A DNA stretch of 64,000 bases, from NCBI GenBank assembly GCA_964016885.1, contig OZ024758.1:2728001-2792000 (forward strand), read 5' to 3'. Below, piece by piece: positions 25,273 to 38,825 of the stretch; positions within the stretch are counted from its first letter, which is position 1, and each line of letters begins with the position of its first letter. The position numbers and the translations under genes were made by a program. This stretch comes from Eledone cirrhosa (taxonomy: Eukaryota). The notes beneath the pieces are model-generated. The model saw nothing but the letters and a program-made list of their open reading frames with translations. It did no database searches and was not told the origin of the DNA.

Positions 25273-26090
25273 CTTGTTAATGTCATTAGCTGGACACTGC
25301 AAATACTTCCGAACAACTTTTCCTATCAGTAGAATATGTTTTACTACGATAAGTATATGCTAGTGGTCTGTATCGGATGTTTATACAGACACAATATATA
25401 TCTAAAAATAAAATAACAATAGGAGTAAAACAAAAATCAGAAAATGATATACTATAAAACGCAAGATAATTCACATACCTACACAAAGAGCTGTAAATAT
25501 TTCCTGATCGGAAGTGAAGCATAATTTAAAAATACCAATGTAAGGTAATTCATATTAATTTATTCTCAGAAACAGTGTATCTCTTTGTTAGTCATTTGTA
25601 GCTTCTCTGAAAAACAAAACAAAACAAAACACAAAAAAACCGTTAATGAAAGAAAAACTAACGATATACTTATATATTTTACACAGGTTTAACTGTACGG
25701 AAAATAATTTAGTTTTGATTTATATACTTATTGATTTATGTATAAAAGCAAACCATCTCCCATTAAGTAGGAAGTTGTAAAAGAGAAGCAAATTGTTAAT
25801 TTCGTGCAATATATACCAGTGATAGGAAAATAGTAGTGGTAAACCCTTGTAGTTACTGAATGTTGTTGAAGATTTCGAGCTTGAGTGGCTACTCTTCCAG
25901 GATGTCGCCCTGACCATCCTCCGGGGAAATGCCTTCTCTATTCCACACAGTGGCCAGTGCGTGGGCCCTCATTTTCTCACAAGAGTAAGATGGGGAGAGC
26001 GGGAGAGAGATGGCGGGGGAATAGTGTGAGTTTGGTTCTTTTGTGTTCGAACTTTGTGTGTGTGTATGTATATATATATAATCATAAAAT

Positions 26091-26320
26091 CAACAGTGAC
26101 ATAAACAGGTACTCAAGTTTCATCGGGTTCTGGATCCCAATTCCTTCAGCCTGTGATGAGATAAATAAAAGACAGGCTGAAAGAATTGGGGCCCAGATCC
26201 CAACGAAACTTGAGTACCTGTTCATGTCACTGTTGTAATTATTTATACTAAGCTCGTCCTATGGACTGAGTGCTCTTACTCTTGGATATTTCCACTTAAC
26301 TTTTACTTCAGTATTTGTAT
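26091..26320. mobile_element. Diverged fold-back element (~64-bp arms, 26091-26235) with hammerhead-like motifs and a single 3' tail
   Basis: caacagtgacataaacaggtactcaagtttc pairs with gaaacttgagtacctgttcatgtcactgttg. A related rearranged copy lies at ~60230-60362. Confidence 0.8.
26172..26221 (+). ncRNA. Hammerhead-like motif with a one-nucleotide core insertion (CUGAANGA)
   Basis: ACAGG-CUGAAAGA-AUUGGG..CCCAAC-GAAAC-UUGA-GUA-CCUGU. Mirror copy on the minus strand at 26105-26154. Confidence 0.6.
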
Positions 26321-27465
26321 ATATATAATAGTAGTATTAATATTATACTCTAGTTATAGTTATAATATTAATGGGAGTAGTTATACTAATTTAGAGGGTG
26401 ATTTGAAGCTCAATGCAGTAGGAGTCACGCTGAGCTGTTATAAATTAGTAGTTTAAATAACACCAAAGAGTTAAAGCAATTGTAAACTATCAATTGTTTC
26501 TACCTGTATTGAACTACACATAGGAAGTTATATTCAGTAATTCCTGATAAATAATTCAGTACAGGTCTCTTCAGAGTTTATTAAAACGCTTCAGAATAAT
26601 ATTCGGCACAGTATAACATTCAGAACATCTAAAACATAAAGTCACTCATTATGACATCATGGTACAAAGTAGGACATTCGACAAAAAAAAACTTTGATTA
26701 TGTTTCTATTTGATGGCGTGGCTGAGAAATGGAAGAGCCAGCAAGTGAGAGTAAATTTTGACGTTTGGCTGTATAACAGTGTCTGCTAGTATGGTAGAGA
26801 TGCTATGTCCAAGAGAGTGATGCACTGCCGTGATAGTGTTTGTTATACAGCAAGAAAAATTACCATATTCGTCTTTTCTTCTCAATTTACAGCTTGGTCG
26901 TTTCTCCAAGCAATGTGGTATTGACAGATGTAGTGTTCATTCTGAAAGTTTCTTTAAATGTCAGTGAAGTCTTTATTCTGAGCAGAGACGCTATTGTTTG
27001 GCGGATTACTAATGCAAAAGTGAATATCGAATTTGTTTGGATAAACAGCGTTACTGTAACTGTTTTCATGTCTATCAACATAGGTTAAGCGTCAGTACCC
27101 CTCCTGGGTCCAGCAGTCAGGCTGGAGAAGATATTGATCCATAGGATGGTGAGTGAGACCTGATGGAATAGTCACTCCACTTCGACAAGGTCAAATTTGC
27201 CTTCCATCCTTTCAAGTTCGACAAAAAAAATGTACTATTCTACTACTGGGGTTGACCTTTCCTCCGTCCCTCTTTTACACTTCCATTCTCTCTCTCTCTC
27301 TCTCTCTCTCTCCTCATCTGGAAGAAATCTGCTTTATTTAAACCTAGAGACCTAGAGACGATTTGATTACAACGGCTCTGCATGTTCCTATCACAGAATT
27401 GAGCTAAAAAACACCTAGTAAATGAGTATAATATTGCTATTATATATATATATATATATATATAT

Positions 27466-27632
27466 CCCGGGTTCAATCGGGGGTAACCACAGTAAGTAAG
27501 GTACTCAATACAAAGCAGAGTATATATATATTTAATATAGAAAAGGCTTCTACAGGACTAGAACTGTTTCATTCGGGAGAAAATCATCAGGAATGAAACA
27601 GTTCTAGTCTTGTAGAAGCCATTTCTATATTA
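27466..27632. mobile_element. Fold-back element (inverted repeat 27533-27632) with a minus-strand hammerhead core and tail cccgggttcaatcgggggtaaccacag
   Basis: Minus strand reads CUGAUGA-uuuucucccgaau-GAAAC-aguucua-GUC. Same family at 48495-48640; tail only at ~43943-43975. Confidence 0.7.
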
Positions 27633-27756
27633 TATGAAGGGCTTATGCCCGAAACATCGCAACCACACCCTCACTCTCACTAAGCGTGAAACTAATAATA
27701 TTTGTAACATTTACTCCTGCCTTTGTCTGTTTTTTTTTGTTTCTTGATATTCCGAG

Positions 27757-27819
<63 letters not shown>

Positions 27820-28707
27820 GAGAGACGGAGGGTATTTAAACACCCCCATATATTTATATACCTATATTATACAGATAAATCTATCCTTATTTTATGACAA
27901 AATGTCTTTTACGAGGTTGTCCTTAGTAAACACTGGTGATGGATTTAACCAACTTAATACCAATGCTATAAGGAACAACATATCATTTAGTAAGACTGAA
28001 ATAGAAACTATATTGTTAGTGTTATTTTTTAATTTATATTTTATCCTGGAGAGAGTTCAGTGTGGTTTTAAACCGCTCCTAGCAATTACTCGAGTGACTG
28101 CAATAATTTGACACGCTAGACACCATACTATCGTTGACTTACTTTATAACCATAATTGCCAATGACGTAAGACGTAACCAGCGGCATGTTAATATGAGTT
28201 AAGAAGAAAAATATAACATTTTCAAATGGAGTTTAGAATGTTTAATTTGACATTAAACTGAAGAAAAATTTATCAGTAACGACATAAAGAAAATTATATA
28301 TAGCAACATCTAATGGCAATTGATGCTGATACAAATATCAGAATTATAATTTACGTAATTAAGAAAGATTTTTTTTTTTATCATTTAATGATTTTTGTTT
28401 TAAAATTTCTTCTAAATTTTTTTATTATTTTTTTAGAATTTCTTTCTATAATACATATTACTTTTATATAATGTTTTCATATTTTACTAAATGTTCAAAT
28501 TTACTGATGAACATTTCGAAAGTATAAAGACGAGATAGGTAGGTGACCGTAAACTTGGAATATAGTTCTCTCATATCACTTGGTGGTTATAATGAGAGTC
28601 AAATAACAGTCAAATCTCTATCATATCAAGCCTTACAACCTTGAAATATGAGCAGAATACATTGTTTTCCCTAATATACAATTTCTATATTGCATTTCTC
28701 TCTCTAT

Positions 28708-28756
<49 letters not shown>

Positions 28757-29869
28757 CTAAAGTTAAGGGTGAAAGCAGCGATTCTTTGCTTAAACTTTAA
28801 TCTGTTATTTCAATAAATATTTGCTCTATGGTTCTTATATATTTGATATATATTTATCCTTATCGAGCCCTCTTTGGATTTTAGTTTTCATATTTATTAT
28901 TATTAATATATATAGTATATAAAGTGTGTCCGGCGGTGAAGGAGGGAGATGGCGATTCAAGAAATGTGAATGCAGGTCTGAAAAATGCAATGTACTGCAT
29001 CGAACCGGGTTATGCATGCATACACATATTGTATACACACATGTACATATATATATATATATACATATATATATTGGCGAAAAATGACGGAACCAAGCGT
29101 TATACCCAACATATGCTATGCTTAGTTTCTTGAAAGCCATGTCCCTGTTTGCTCTGATCGATTTTGCATTCCGTTCCTCACGGGATCAATAAAATTAGTA
29201 CCAGACAAAATATTGCGGTTAATAAAATCTACTAAACCCTTTGAAGGCGATTTCCCCAATAAAACCACCGCCTAATAAATAAAACCAGTAAAATAGTTAC
29301 AAAAAAAAGCCTGTGTGTGCATGTGGCTTGTGTATAGATTCCTGTATTTGTGAGTCTACGTCAAATAATCTTTCATCTTCCTAATGTCATTAAATAAGTA
29401 ATCAATATCAGTGTTTTTATATCATAACATAAACGTTTACATTCCAATGCTTGTGAAAACCTAGTCTCGGATTTCAAGCAATATATGAAATTGGATGTGG
29501 TATTCCAATAATCATATGAAGACCGTAATCCTCACACCCCACACACACTCCCTTTCACCAATTGGTATAATGTATGTTATTGTTATTATTGTTATTATTG
29601 TTATTGTTATTATTATTATTATTATTATTAAACACTCCCTTGAAAACGAGGAAAACCATTGCTGTAGAAAATATATAAATGAACCCTAAAGCTTTCTATA
29701 AAGTTTCATATAAATGTCTCCCTGACTGTACACTTCATAAAGATAAGTATATTACCGAATGAACAAGATAAGTATATTCCGATGATGACATATGCTAATA
29801 AATAAAGCATATAATTTCTTCAACACATTATCAGAGGAAATCTGATTTCAAACTCTGCCCAGCGGGTCA

Positions 29870-30420
29870 CCAACTATTGATTTTATCGACATCACGTCAG
29901 TAGAATGTAACACCAGTTATAGATGAAATGAAGTCAAATTGAACAACGGACCCTGATGGTTTCTCAGCAATTCTCTTACACGCCTATAAACAAGCTTCAA
30001 TGAACAGTTCAGATATTTTCCAAAGGTTCCAAGGAAGGGATAAACTTCCCAGAAAGTTCAAAAGAATGTAAAACGTCCTCAATCCACAAAGGTGTAAATG
30101 AAGCAGATACTAAACATTACAGGTATATCTTCGCGATGTTATATAACCTCAAGGAATGAAATAGAGGAAAACTGATCATCTTACTAGATGAAAATAATTA
30201 ATTGAGTGCGCTTCCTTTCGGGAAGATGCTTCTAACACAGTTTCTACCACATTACGACTGTATATAAAAGCATCTGATCACGTCCCCCATTTAAATATGG
30301 ATGTAATATATATTGACTTCGAAAAAGCTTTCGGTATAATTGACAACTCAGCATAAACGGAAAACTAAGTGACGACATGACATTGACGAAGAAGTTAGAT
30401 AGTTGTAGCTCACGGTGAAA
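29870..30420 (+). pseudogene. Decayed non-LTR retrotransposon reverse transcriptase (CR1/Jockey group)
   Basis: Manual translation across stops and frameshifts gives IDEMKSN*TTDPDGFSAILL, SIHKGVNEADTKHYRYI, LTQFLPHYD and MDVIYIDFEKAFG (from 30297), matching the GPDG, PIHK..NYRPI and DF.KAFD motifs in order. Confidence 0.85.
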
Positions 30421-31159
30421 CCTGGATCTTTCTATCTATTGTTCTTGCTCGATGGGACTAGGGTTATCTCAGTCAGCGGTCTCATCGGCTTTACTTAGAA
30501 TGCTAAGTCTAATCAGTGAATGAACTAGAGACCAATATGATTGTTGATTCAACGTTTTCTAAGATGGCAATCACGTGTAGACGAGAGTTTTGGGTGGATT
30601 CTGATATAATTTAGAAGGAGAAAACTAAACGGATAACTAGAACCTGTTGAGGAGATTTACATATGAGGATTGGTGAACTCTCGTGTTTACAATAGTAGAA
30701 AATCAATATATAGCGTGTATGAAATATTAGACACTGCAAACTCTTGAATCGATATTTTGTGTTTTAACCACAAATTAATCAAACTATTAAAAAATAGAGG
30801 CAGTGTGACAAAAAAACAAACAAACAACTGCAGACAGCTTCAACAAGTGTAATTTACAAATTTGTTTTTCACAGTAACTGCACCGTGCATGTATGCAAGC
30901 CCCTCCATCATTTCTTCAGCAGGAATATCTTTATTATATGGAGAGAGATCGAAGCCATTTATCCAGTCAGGGCGTCAAGAAATTACTGGTGTAATGGCTA
31001 AAATAGGCGGTAGCAAATAGTAACGTCACGCCTGGAAAGTCGACTCGAGGTTCACTAAGGACTGTGTTATAGCAGCAAATATAAAATAAAATATTTCTTG
31101 ACTTTATAGTCGGTTTACATCTCAACCAATTACACACACACTTCTTTTAAAGACACCCT

Positions 31160-31290
31160 TCAATCACGAATGACTGGGATTTACACCTAGAGAGTCCCCC
31201 TCCGAGGCACAAGTCCGAGCAGTCGTCCATGAATACCAGTCACCTGTCTCCATGCCACCGATGATGTCCAAGGGAAAGCGAAAGGTAAAG
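31160..31290 (-). mobile_element. Probable SINE 3'-region fragment
   Basis: gactgggatttacacctag...cctccgaggcacaagtccg...gccaccgatgatgtccaagggaaag resembles a common octopus SINE tail. This is recognition from memory; no second copy in the window. Confidence 0.45.
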
Positions 31291-31308
31291 CTTGAAACCA
31301 GTTTCTAG

Positions 31309-31474
31309 TAGATCTTCATTACATTTATTGAAATGTGATGCGCGTTTCACGATTGATCAGCTCAAGACTCGATCTGTATTACCATAACCATCAGGACCGA
31401 TCGATACCGATCAAACCTTGATCTGATCAATAGCGAAACGCGCGTCACGCCTCAATCTATGTAATGAAGATCTA
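31309..31474. mobile_element. Diverged fold-back element carrying the GAAACGCGCGTC hammerhead signature
   Basis: tagatcttcattacat...gtgatgcgcgtttc pairs with gaaacgcgcgtcac...atgtaatgaagatcta. Single-arm relatives at ~50378-50445, ~62930-62985 and ~63110-63198 (minus). Confidence 0.75.
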
Positions 31475-31496
31475 AAACCTCATCCTTTTTATCATT

Positions 31497-31615
31497 CTTT
31501 GCCTTTCATCCTTACGGGGGTCGATAGAATAAAGCAACAGTAATGCACTCGGGTCGATTTAATCAACGTTTCCCTCCCCCCAAATTGCTGGCCTTCTGCC
31601 TAAATCAGAAACCAT
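31497..31615 (+). mobile_element. SINE family A, 5'-truncated
   Basis: Core and tail present. Confidence 0.8.
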
Positions 31616-31645
31616 TTTATATATATATATATAATGGTTTCCGAT

Positions 31646-31690
<45 letters not shown>

Positions 31691-31717
31691 CTGTATTTTT
31701 AACCGTTGGTCAATCAA

Positions 31718-31830
31718 TGATAAACATTGATTTCCAAATATAATATCTATGGACATATAAAAGATACAGAAGCGAAAACCAACCAAACTGAGTGTGTTCT
31801 GTTATTATTTCTGGCAATATTATTACAACT
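31718..31830. repeat. ~110-bp dispersed repeat, second copy at ~60077-60193
   Basis: Both contain atataaaagatacagaagcgaaaaccaacc...tgagtgtgttctgttattatttctggcaatatta. Confidence 0.8.
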
Positions 31831-34173
31831 ATATATATATATATATATATATTGTGTGTGTGTGTGTGTGTGTGTAAATGTTTGTGTGTCTATTGATTCT
31901 GTTTATGTTTGGTTGGTATATTTATCTAATTGTTTAATATGACTTACCTCTCATAGAATATCACGTTCTTCTATAAGCTATCTACACAAAATCTTTAATT
32001 TACAACTTAACTGTTCATATGATATATTCTAATATTTGTTGCTGCACCTCAGCTCTCAACATATGATTGATAACTGTATATGGCAGGAAATGGTGAAATG
32101 TATGTACAAGATCGATAGATTTTCAATATCATAATAAATATTTATTTTGTAAATGCTAAGGAATGGCTGCTATTTTGATTTCTTTACTTCTTATAAACCC
32201 ATCAAATACGGAAGGAGGAGGACTAGACTGTAACTGATATCAGAACGTATCAGCAATATTGTAATTTTGTTTACATATAGGATTAGCGCAGCAATTTCAT
32301 ACACACCTGGGAGGGGTCACGTCGTTCGGGTGAATATCTGAGATGATCAACGGAAATGGAGGCGCTATGTAAATGATATATACTCCTGGATACTAATGGT
32401 ATGGGACTATCTATATATATTCATTTATGTATCTATCTATCTATCTAGCTATGCATGTATGTAAGTATGTATGTATATATGTATGTACTAAGTCCCGTCA
32501 GATGTATTGGTATTTTTCATGGCCATACTCGATAACGAGGGGGAAGCTATCATCGTGTATGTATGAATGTATACTTTTCTATGTATGCAAGAGATGTCAA
32601 CATGAACGGACCTGTTATTTCTATCTCTTTCCCTTTTATACACACACGCACACGCACGTATGTACGTACGTACCTACGTACAGAATAATAGATGCACATA
32701 CATGCATATATACATTTATCTATCTATGTATCTATCTAAAAGGGCGTGGAGTTTTATTAAAATCCACGGTAGAATGTCAATGACTGTGAGTAATTAGATT
32801 GGTGTTTTGTAAATGAAACTTAAGAAGAAGCGATGTTGCCTCATGAACTGAAATACTTGCAGATGATTCATGAATTCAGACGAGTTTCTATGAGGTCGTT
32901 CTACCTGCCAGAATTAGCATCAATCTTAATTCCTCTTCTTACATAAGTGAGTGTTTCAAAAAGTAAGGAGATATCGAAAACTGTGGCCATCTGTACACTG
33001 GGCATGGAAAACACAGCATTATATTTATCCCCGTTGGAAGGCTTATGGCAGATTTAGGAGTTAAAAAAAATGGGCTTTAAAATGTTGTATTACACTCACC
33101 TTAACAAATCACATATATCGTTAAGGACCTTTAAAAGCCATGTTTTCTCTTTTCAGTTCCTCAAGTCTATTCTTTTTCTATTTTGCTGTTGATGAATTTG
33201 CTTCAGAAATGTTAAAAACATTTCAATTTCCGATCTTGAATCTCATTACAATATCTTATATCATACTTTGTATGTTGTTCTTATCGTCTTATCTACACAT
33301 ACCCACCTCGCACCCACATACATGTACGCATGCGCAGGAAAAGGATGCACGTGCAGGTGAACACATTCTCATTCGCGCGCACACACACACACATACACAT
33401 ACACACGAATATTTACACTGACATTTATATGTAATGAGCAGTTTGTGTCAAGTGACCAAGTAAATCGTGGGGGTATTCTGTAAAATCATTTTATGAATAA
33501 AGAATATCAGACACTATAGGCGTTGAAGAATTGTGTACATATACACACAAACACTCTCTATCTCTCTCTCTCCCTTTCTCTCTCTCTCCGTATATATATA
33601 TATATATATATAGTTTGTGTGTGTGTGCATATCTACACACTTGAATAACCCGCACCATATATGTATCAATATATATATACACACATGAAGGTCGGCGCAA
33701 GAAGCAAATGGAATCATTGGAACAGAAATAGGCTTCGCTATCTTTGGTCGAGTGAGTTAATTCCGATTTACATCAATGCCAAATTTACAGTTTATATACT
33801 ACAAGAAGAGGCAAACACTGCTGTACAAAGGTCTTGACAAATCCAAAAATACAATCGAACTTCCATACGTATGAAGATGTTAGCTTATATTACAGCAGAC
33901 ATTTACACATACTTAATGTTTTAGATTCAATAAATGTTTAGTCATGGCTTATTGGATTAACAAACTATAGAATAATGTTTACACATGAGAGTGTCGTCGT
34001 AGAATTAGCTTTATAAGAATCGTATAAGAAATTCTGTAGGTCCATAGGCGGGATTTTTCACATTCACACCTGCACAGTGACCTATGTATGTATGTAGATA
34101 TGTATGTATGTATGAGAAATCATTTCATGAATTTTCACCAATAGAGAAAGTCTTACATTGGAATTTAGACCAC

Positions 34174-34273
<100 letters not shown>

Positions 34274-34452
34274 ATCAGTATGCTTTCAGTTATATATGTA
34301 CTCGTTCATATGTTCTGTATGTGTATATGTAGTTATTACATGCTGAATTTGTGAAAGGTTTTACATATCTTTACAGTTCTATTAATGGACAGTACTGGTA
34401 ACTTTTTAACTAACCGTGTTTTTTCTGATTCTGTGAAACCCAGTTCCTCAAG

Positions 34453-34692
34453 TCAGTTAGAACCCTAGTAGTGAGGCAGTTAGAACCCTAGTACTGAGAC
34501 AGTATCCTAGTACTTTGGCAGATAGTGCCCGAGTACTTTGGCAGTTAGTACCCGAGTACTTTGGCAGTTAGTACCCTAGTAGTGAGGAAGATCTTACCCT
34601 AGTAGTGAGGCAGTTAGTACCCTAGTGCTGAATCAGATAGTACCCTGGCGCTGAAGCAGATAGTACCCTAGTAGGAGGCAGATAGTACCCTA
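34453..34692. repeat. 23-bp minisatellite (cagttagtaccctagtagtgagg), ~10 copies
   Basis: Diverged direct tandem units. Confidence 0.9.
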
Positions 34693-34744
34693 TCCCAGAT
34701 CCACAAGTATCATAGGCAAAATATTCTTAATATATATCTGCATG

Positions 34745-34928
34745 TGGATTAGCAGTATCGTTGGAGGGTCGGACGCCATGCTTTGCAGTATAGAGCTACA
34801 TCCCTTTACGGTCTGAGTTCAAATACTGCCGAGCTTAACTTTGCCTTTCATCCTTACAGGGTCGATAAAATAAAGTAACAGTAATACACTGGAATAATTG
34901 CTGGCCTTGTGCCAAAAGTAGAAACAAT
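34745..34928 (+). mobile_element. SINE family A (short-tail subfamily)
   Basis: Head, B box, core and tail all present. Confidence 0.85.
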
Positions 34929-35271
34929 ATATATCTGTATGTTTTTGTTTAGGAAGTTCCTTGATGTGAAATCGTCTGTTGAAATAGATATTGGTATATT
35001 TGAGTGATGCTTATTTTGCCAATATTGCCCATAAAATAACACGTATTATTTGATTTCCACTTCAGTTTTGTTATTAGAAATTAGTTTGTTCTTTCGTCAC
35101 ACATTCTGTGACCTTCTCATTGACTGTTACCTCTTCTTTTGAAGGTCACAGATGTCACAGAATGTGTGATGAAGGAATTTTGAAGAACAAACGAATAACT
35201 AATAAAACTAAAATGAAAATAACATATTGTGTGTCTATTTTTTATCGTTGTATTGGCAATATGATCATTCA

Positions 35272-35330
35272 AAATATATAAATACATATATATAAACACA
35301 CACAAATATATATACAAATGTATATAGGTG

Positions 35331-35361
<31 letters not shown>

Positions 35362-35624
35362 ATATACATACATACAAATATATATATATTTATGTATATA
35401 TACATACATACAAATATATATATATTTATGTATATATACATACATATATGTATATATATACATACATATATGTATATATATACATACATATATGTATATA
35501 TATATATATATACATACAAATATATATATATATATATATATTTATGTATATATACATACATACAAATATATATATATATATTTATGTATATATACATACA
35601 TACAAATATATATATATATATATT

Positions 35625-35655
<31 letters not shown>

Positions 35656-35656
35656 T

Positions 35657-35687
<31 letters not shown>

Positions 35688-35835
35688 TTATGTATATATA
35701 CATACATATATGTATATATATATATATATACATACAAATATATGTATGTACGTGTGCATGTATTCATGTATGTATACATAGATGCATACATACAATTATA
35801 TAAACATATATGTATGTATATATCTATGTATGTTT
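35272..35835. repeat. Compound (TA)n/(TACA)n satellite
   Basis: Directly visible; higher-order unit is approximately tttatgtatatatacatacatacaaa(ta)n. Confidence 0.9.
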
Positions 35836-37614
35836 AAATCATTCCAATGTACGACACTCCAGACATATGTATTAATACTTATACAATGAATTGATAAACA
35901 TAAATGCTGATTGTTTGAAAAAAATGAAATAAATTAATATTATTTTGTTTAGATTTCTGAAAACAAAACATATGGCTGGGTGGGCTGATGTAGTATTTTC
36001 AATATATTTGTTTTAGAAGTGGAAACTGAAGTATAGAAAAGTATGGCTATTAATGAAGCCGTAGAAATACAGAAAAAGTTGAAATATTTTGGAGTAAATT
36101 ATGTTGAAATTTTGCTTTTGTTTTCATATAATGACTCTTATCGTTAGGTTTGTCAGAGTTTCGAAGTTTTAACAATGCTCTTGCTAAACGACGAATAAAT
36201 CTGAAAAATAAAATCTGAAAAGAATTATAAAAAGGAAAATAAAATGTATTTATATTTATATGTAAATAAATGTGGGTTGCTATAAAAATAAAAAAGCCAT
36301 AAATATGTCAATACATTTTATCGGCAGAACTGTTTTCTCTGAATATTTTAACACTTTTGTCTTTGTATTAGAAACAATAGTGGAAGAGAAAAGAACACGA
36401 GTAAAGTATTTTATTGAAAGTATTTATATGTCTAACACGAATATAGATACGTTTCGAAAATAGAGGCAGAATAATGATGATTTATCAAATATGATTTATG
36501 ATAATAATCAAAACTTATTAGTAATATTCCTCGAATTGCATGTATACAACACTCTTACTAAAGCAGCTTAAAATATTGACATCGGATCTAAATATTTAGC
36601 TAAAAATTCGAAAAGCACTGAATGTAAAAACATGCAGATTAAATCCGGACTTTATGGTTCTTTGTTCTATCAACACATTCGTTTAAAATATTTGTATTTT
36701 CGCATTCGACATTCAATTTGGAAAAAAAAACAAAAAAACATTTGCATGATATCTCAGTAGTTCTAAGAATTAATTTTCATTTTACAAAAGACCATGAAGA
36801 TTTCACTGTCTTTCATACATATGTCCCTTGGCGTAAGTACGTGTCTGATGACGTGTAATGATACGGAGATAGATGTTTACAGGACATCTACGACGATAAC
36901 CAGAAACTATATGATCTCGGTTTAAAATACTCACAGCAACACCAAATGTCTGTCTATTAAACATAAAATATTTTCTATGGGCCTATATATACTGTTATTC
37001 TGAATCACCCTGTGTCTTAATTCTAACCAGCCAAACGTGCACTATATTCATAAACATTCAAAAAGGATTGTTTGTTTACAAAACATAAGAATTTTACTGT
37101 CGTTCATAGTTCAGTCTCTCGGGGTAACTAAGCGAGTTTTCCCGATAAGTCATATCCTCTGAAATACATGTGTACAGCACGCTTTTGATAGTAGCTTAAA
37201 ATGCTGACAGCGGGTCTAAATGTGTTTCATATACATACACATATTAGATATTGGCAGATGTATTTGAATTTAGCCGTGATTCTGCAGAGTTCTGATAGAA
37301 GCCTTCATGCTGTGAGTAGCTGTTATATTGTATATGAGAGACATTTTTTAATATAATCTTTCTTTTACATGGCATATAATTACATATAAAATAGACTCCA
37401 TCTGATGGGATTGGTTGAGTATCATGGCACTGAACCTTTCTCTACAGGATACATGCCTGGGCATGGATTATTTCAAATTAGAATTTGTCCATGAACCAAA
37501 TCTTCACTTTCTTCTCCATTGGTGTTATCATCAAAGGTAGAAGTTGCCTCAATAGAGCTTGGCACATGTCTGGTCGTAAGCGTTCCCAGACAGCATATAC
37601 CTACTACTTCAGTA

Positions 37615-37664
<50 letters not shown>

Positions 37665-38229
37665 ATGTGTTATTCCGCTTACACATTCTGTCTACGGGCA
37701 AAGAACACCTGGTATACCTTATCTAACTGGTCCATAACATAATAAGGAGTGAGTTACTAAATATTTGGCTGGTATTTCCACCTATGTTGGCTTATTGTTT
37801 ATCCATCTGTTCGTTACAAATATCAGAAAACCCTACATGTTACAGATGCTTCAATATCCCAAAACTCAAATTTTATATTTGTCACTTACTTTCTGTCTTT
37901 AAGGGTTTTGTCCAAATAACACTATAGATAAACTAATTCCTCATCTGGCAGGAAAACAAATGATTAAACCAGACCCTACGATTCTTCTTCCTTTGACTGA
38001 ATTTATGTAATTTTCGCATTAATTACGATATAATTAGCAACATATCATATTTTACTAATTAAAAAAAAAATATAAAACGTATTCCTTTGGAGTTATTACA
38101 CATCCTTTCTTATCTCAGAACTAATTTAGAAAAAAGCCTGATATAATATATTGTTGCCCCAAAATGCAAATTGAGGTTATTTTGAAGGGTTTTCTGTTGT
38201 TCCCTAAAATATCCATCTAAATTTCGATA

Positions 38230-38825
38230 ACATCTTGATAATATTGTAGATAATGTTATTGATAATATTATTGATAATATAGTAGATAACGTTATTGATA
38301 GTTTTATTGATATTAGCAGCGTTAAGTTTTGCAATGGTGGGGATGTTATTATTTGTATCGTTACACAGGCTGTTGTATAATTTGATGGTGTTGGTAGCAG
38401 CAACAGTAGTAGTAGTAATAGTAATCATAGCAGTAATAGCAAGTCGTAGTAGTAATAGTAATAGTATTAGTAGTAGTAATAGTAATCATAGTAGTAATAG
38501 CAAAAGACGTAGTAATAATAATAGTATTAGTAGTAGTAGCAGTAGTAGTAATCATAGTGGAAGTATTGTATTAGACATAGTAGTAGTGGCAGTAGCAATA
38601 ATCAAGTAGTAGTAGTAGTAATAGCGGTAGTAGTAGTAGTGGTGGTAACAGTAGTAGCATTACTAATAGTCATAGTAGTAATATTAGTAGTAATAGTGTT
38701 AGTAGCATTAGTAGTGGTAGTATTAGCAGTAGTAGCATCACTAGTAATAGTAGTAGTAATAGTGGCAGTAACATTAGTAGTATTAGTAGTGGTAGTAGTA
38801 GTAATAGTAGTAGCATTAATAATAA
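38230..38825. repeat. Degenerate (TAG/TAA)n trinucleotide tract
   Basis: Directly visible. Confidence 0.9.

Noticed and set aside
26706-27150. Non-repetitive minus-strand ORFs, possibly a decayed LINE endonuclease
   Set aside because: No convincing motif in any single frame.
28500-28530. ttta-CTGATGA-acatttc-GAAA-gta-taaa as a hammerhead
   Set aside because: No stem II and no stem III; expected by chance in AT-rich DNA.
37470-37605. Possible minus-strand exon or transposase scrap (AVWERLRPDMCQALL)
   Set aside because: Poor splice acceptor and two equally plausible frames; cannot be supported.
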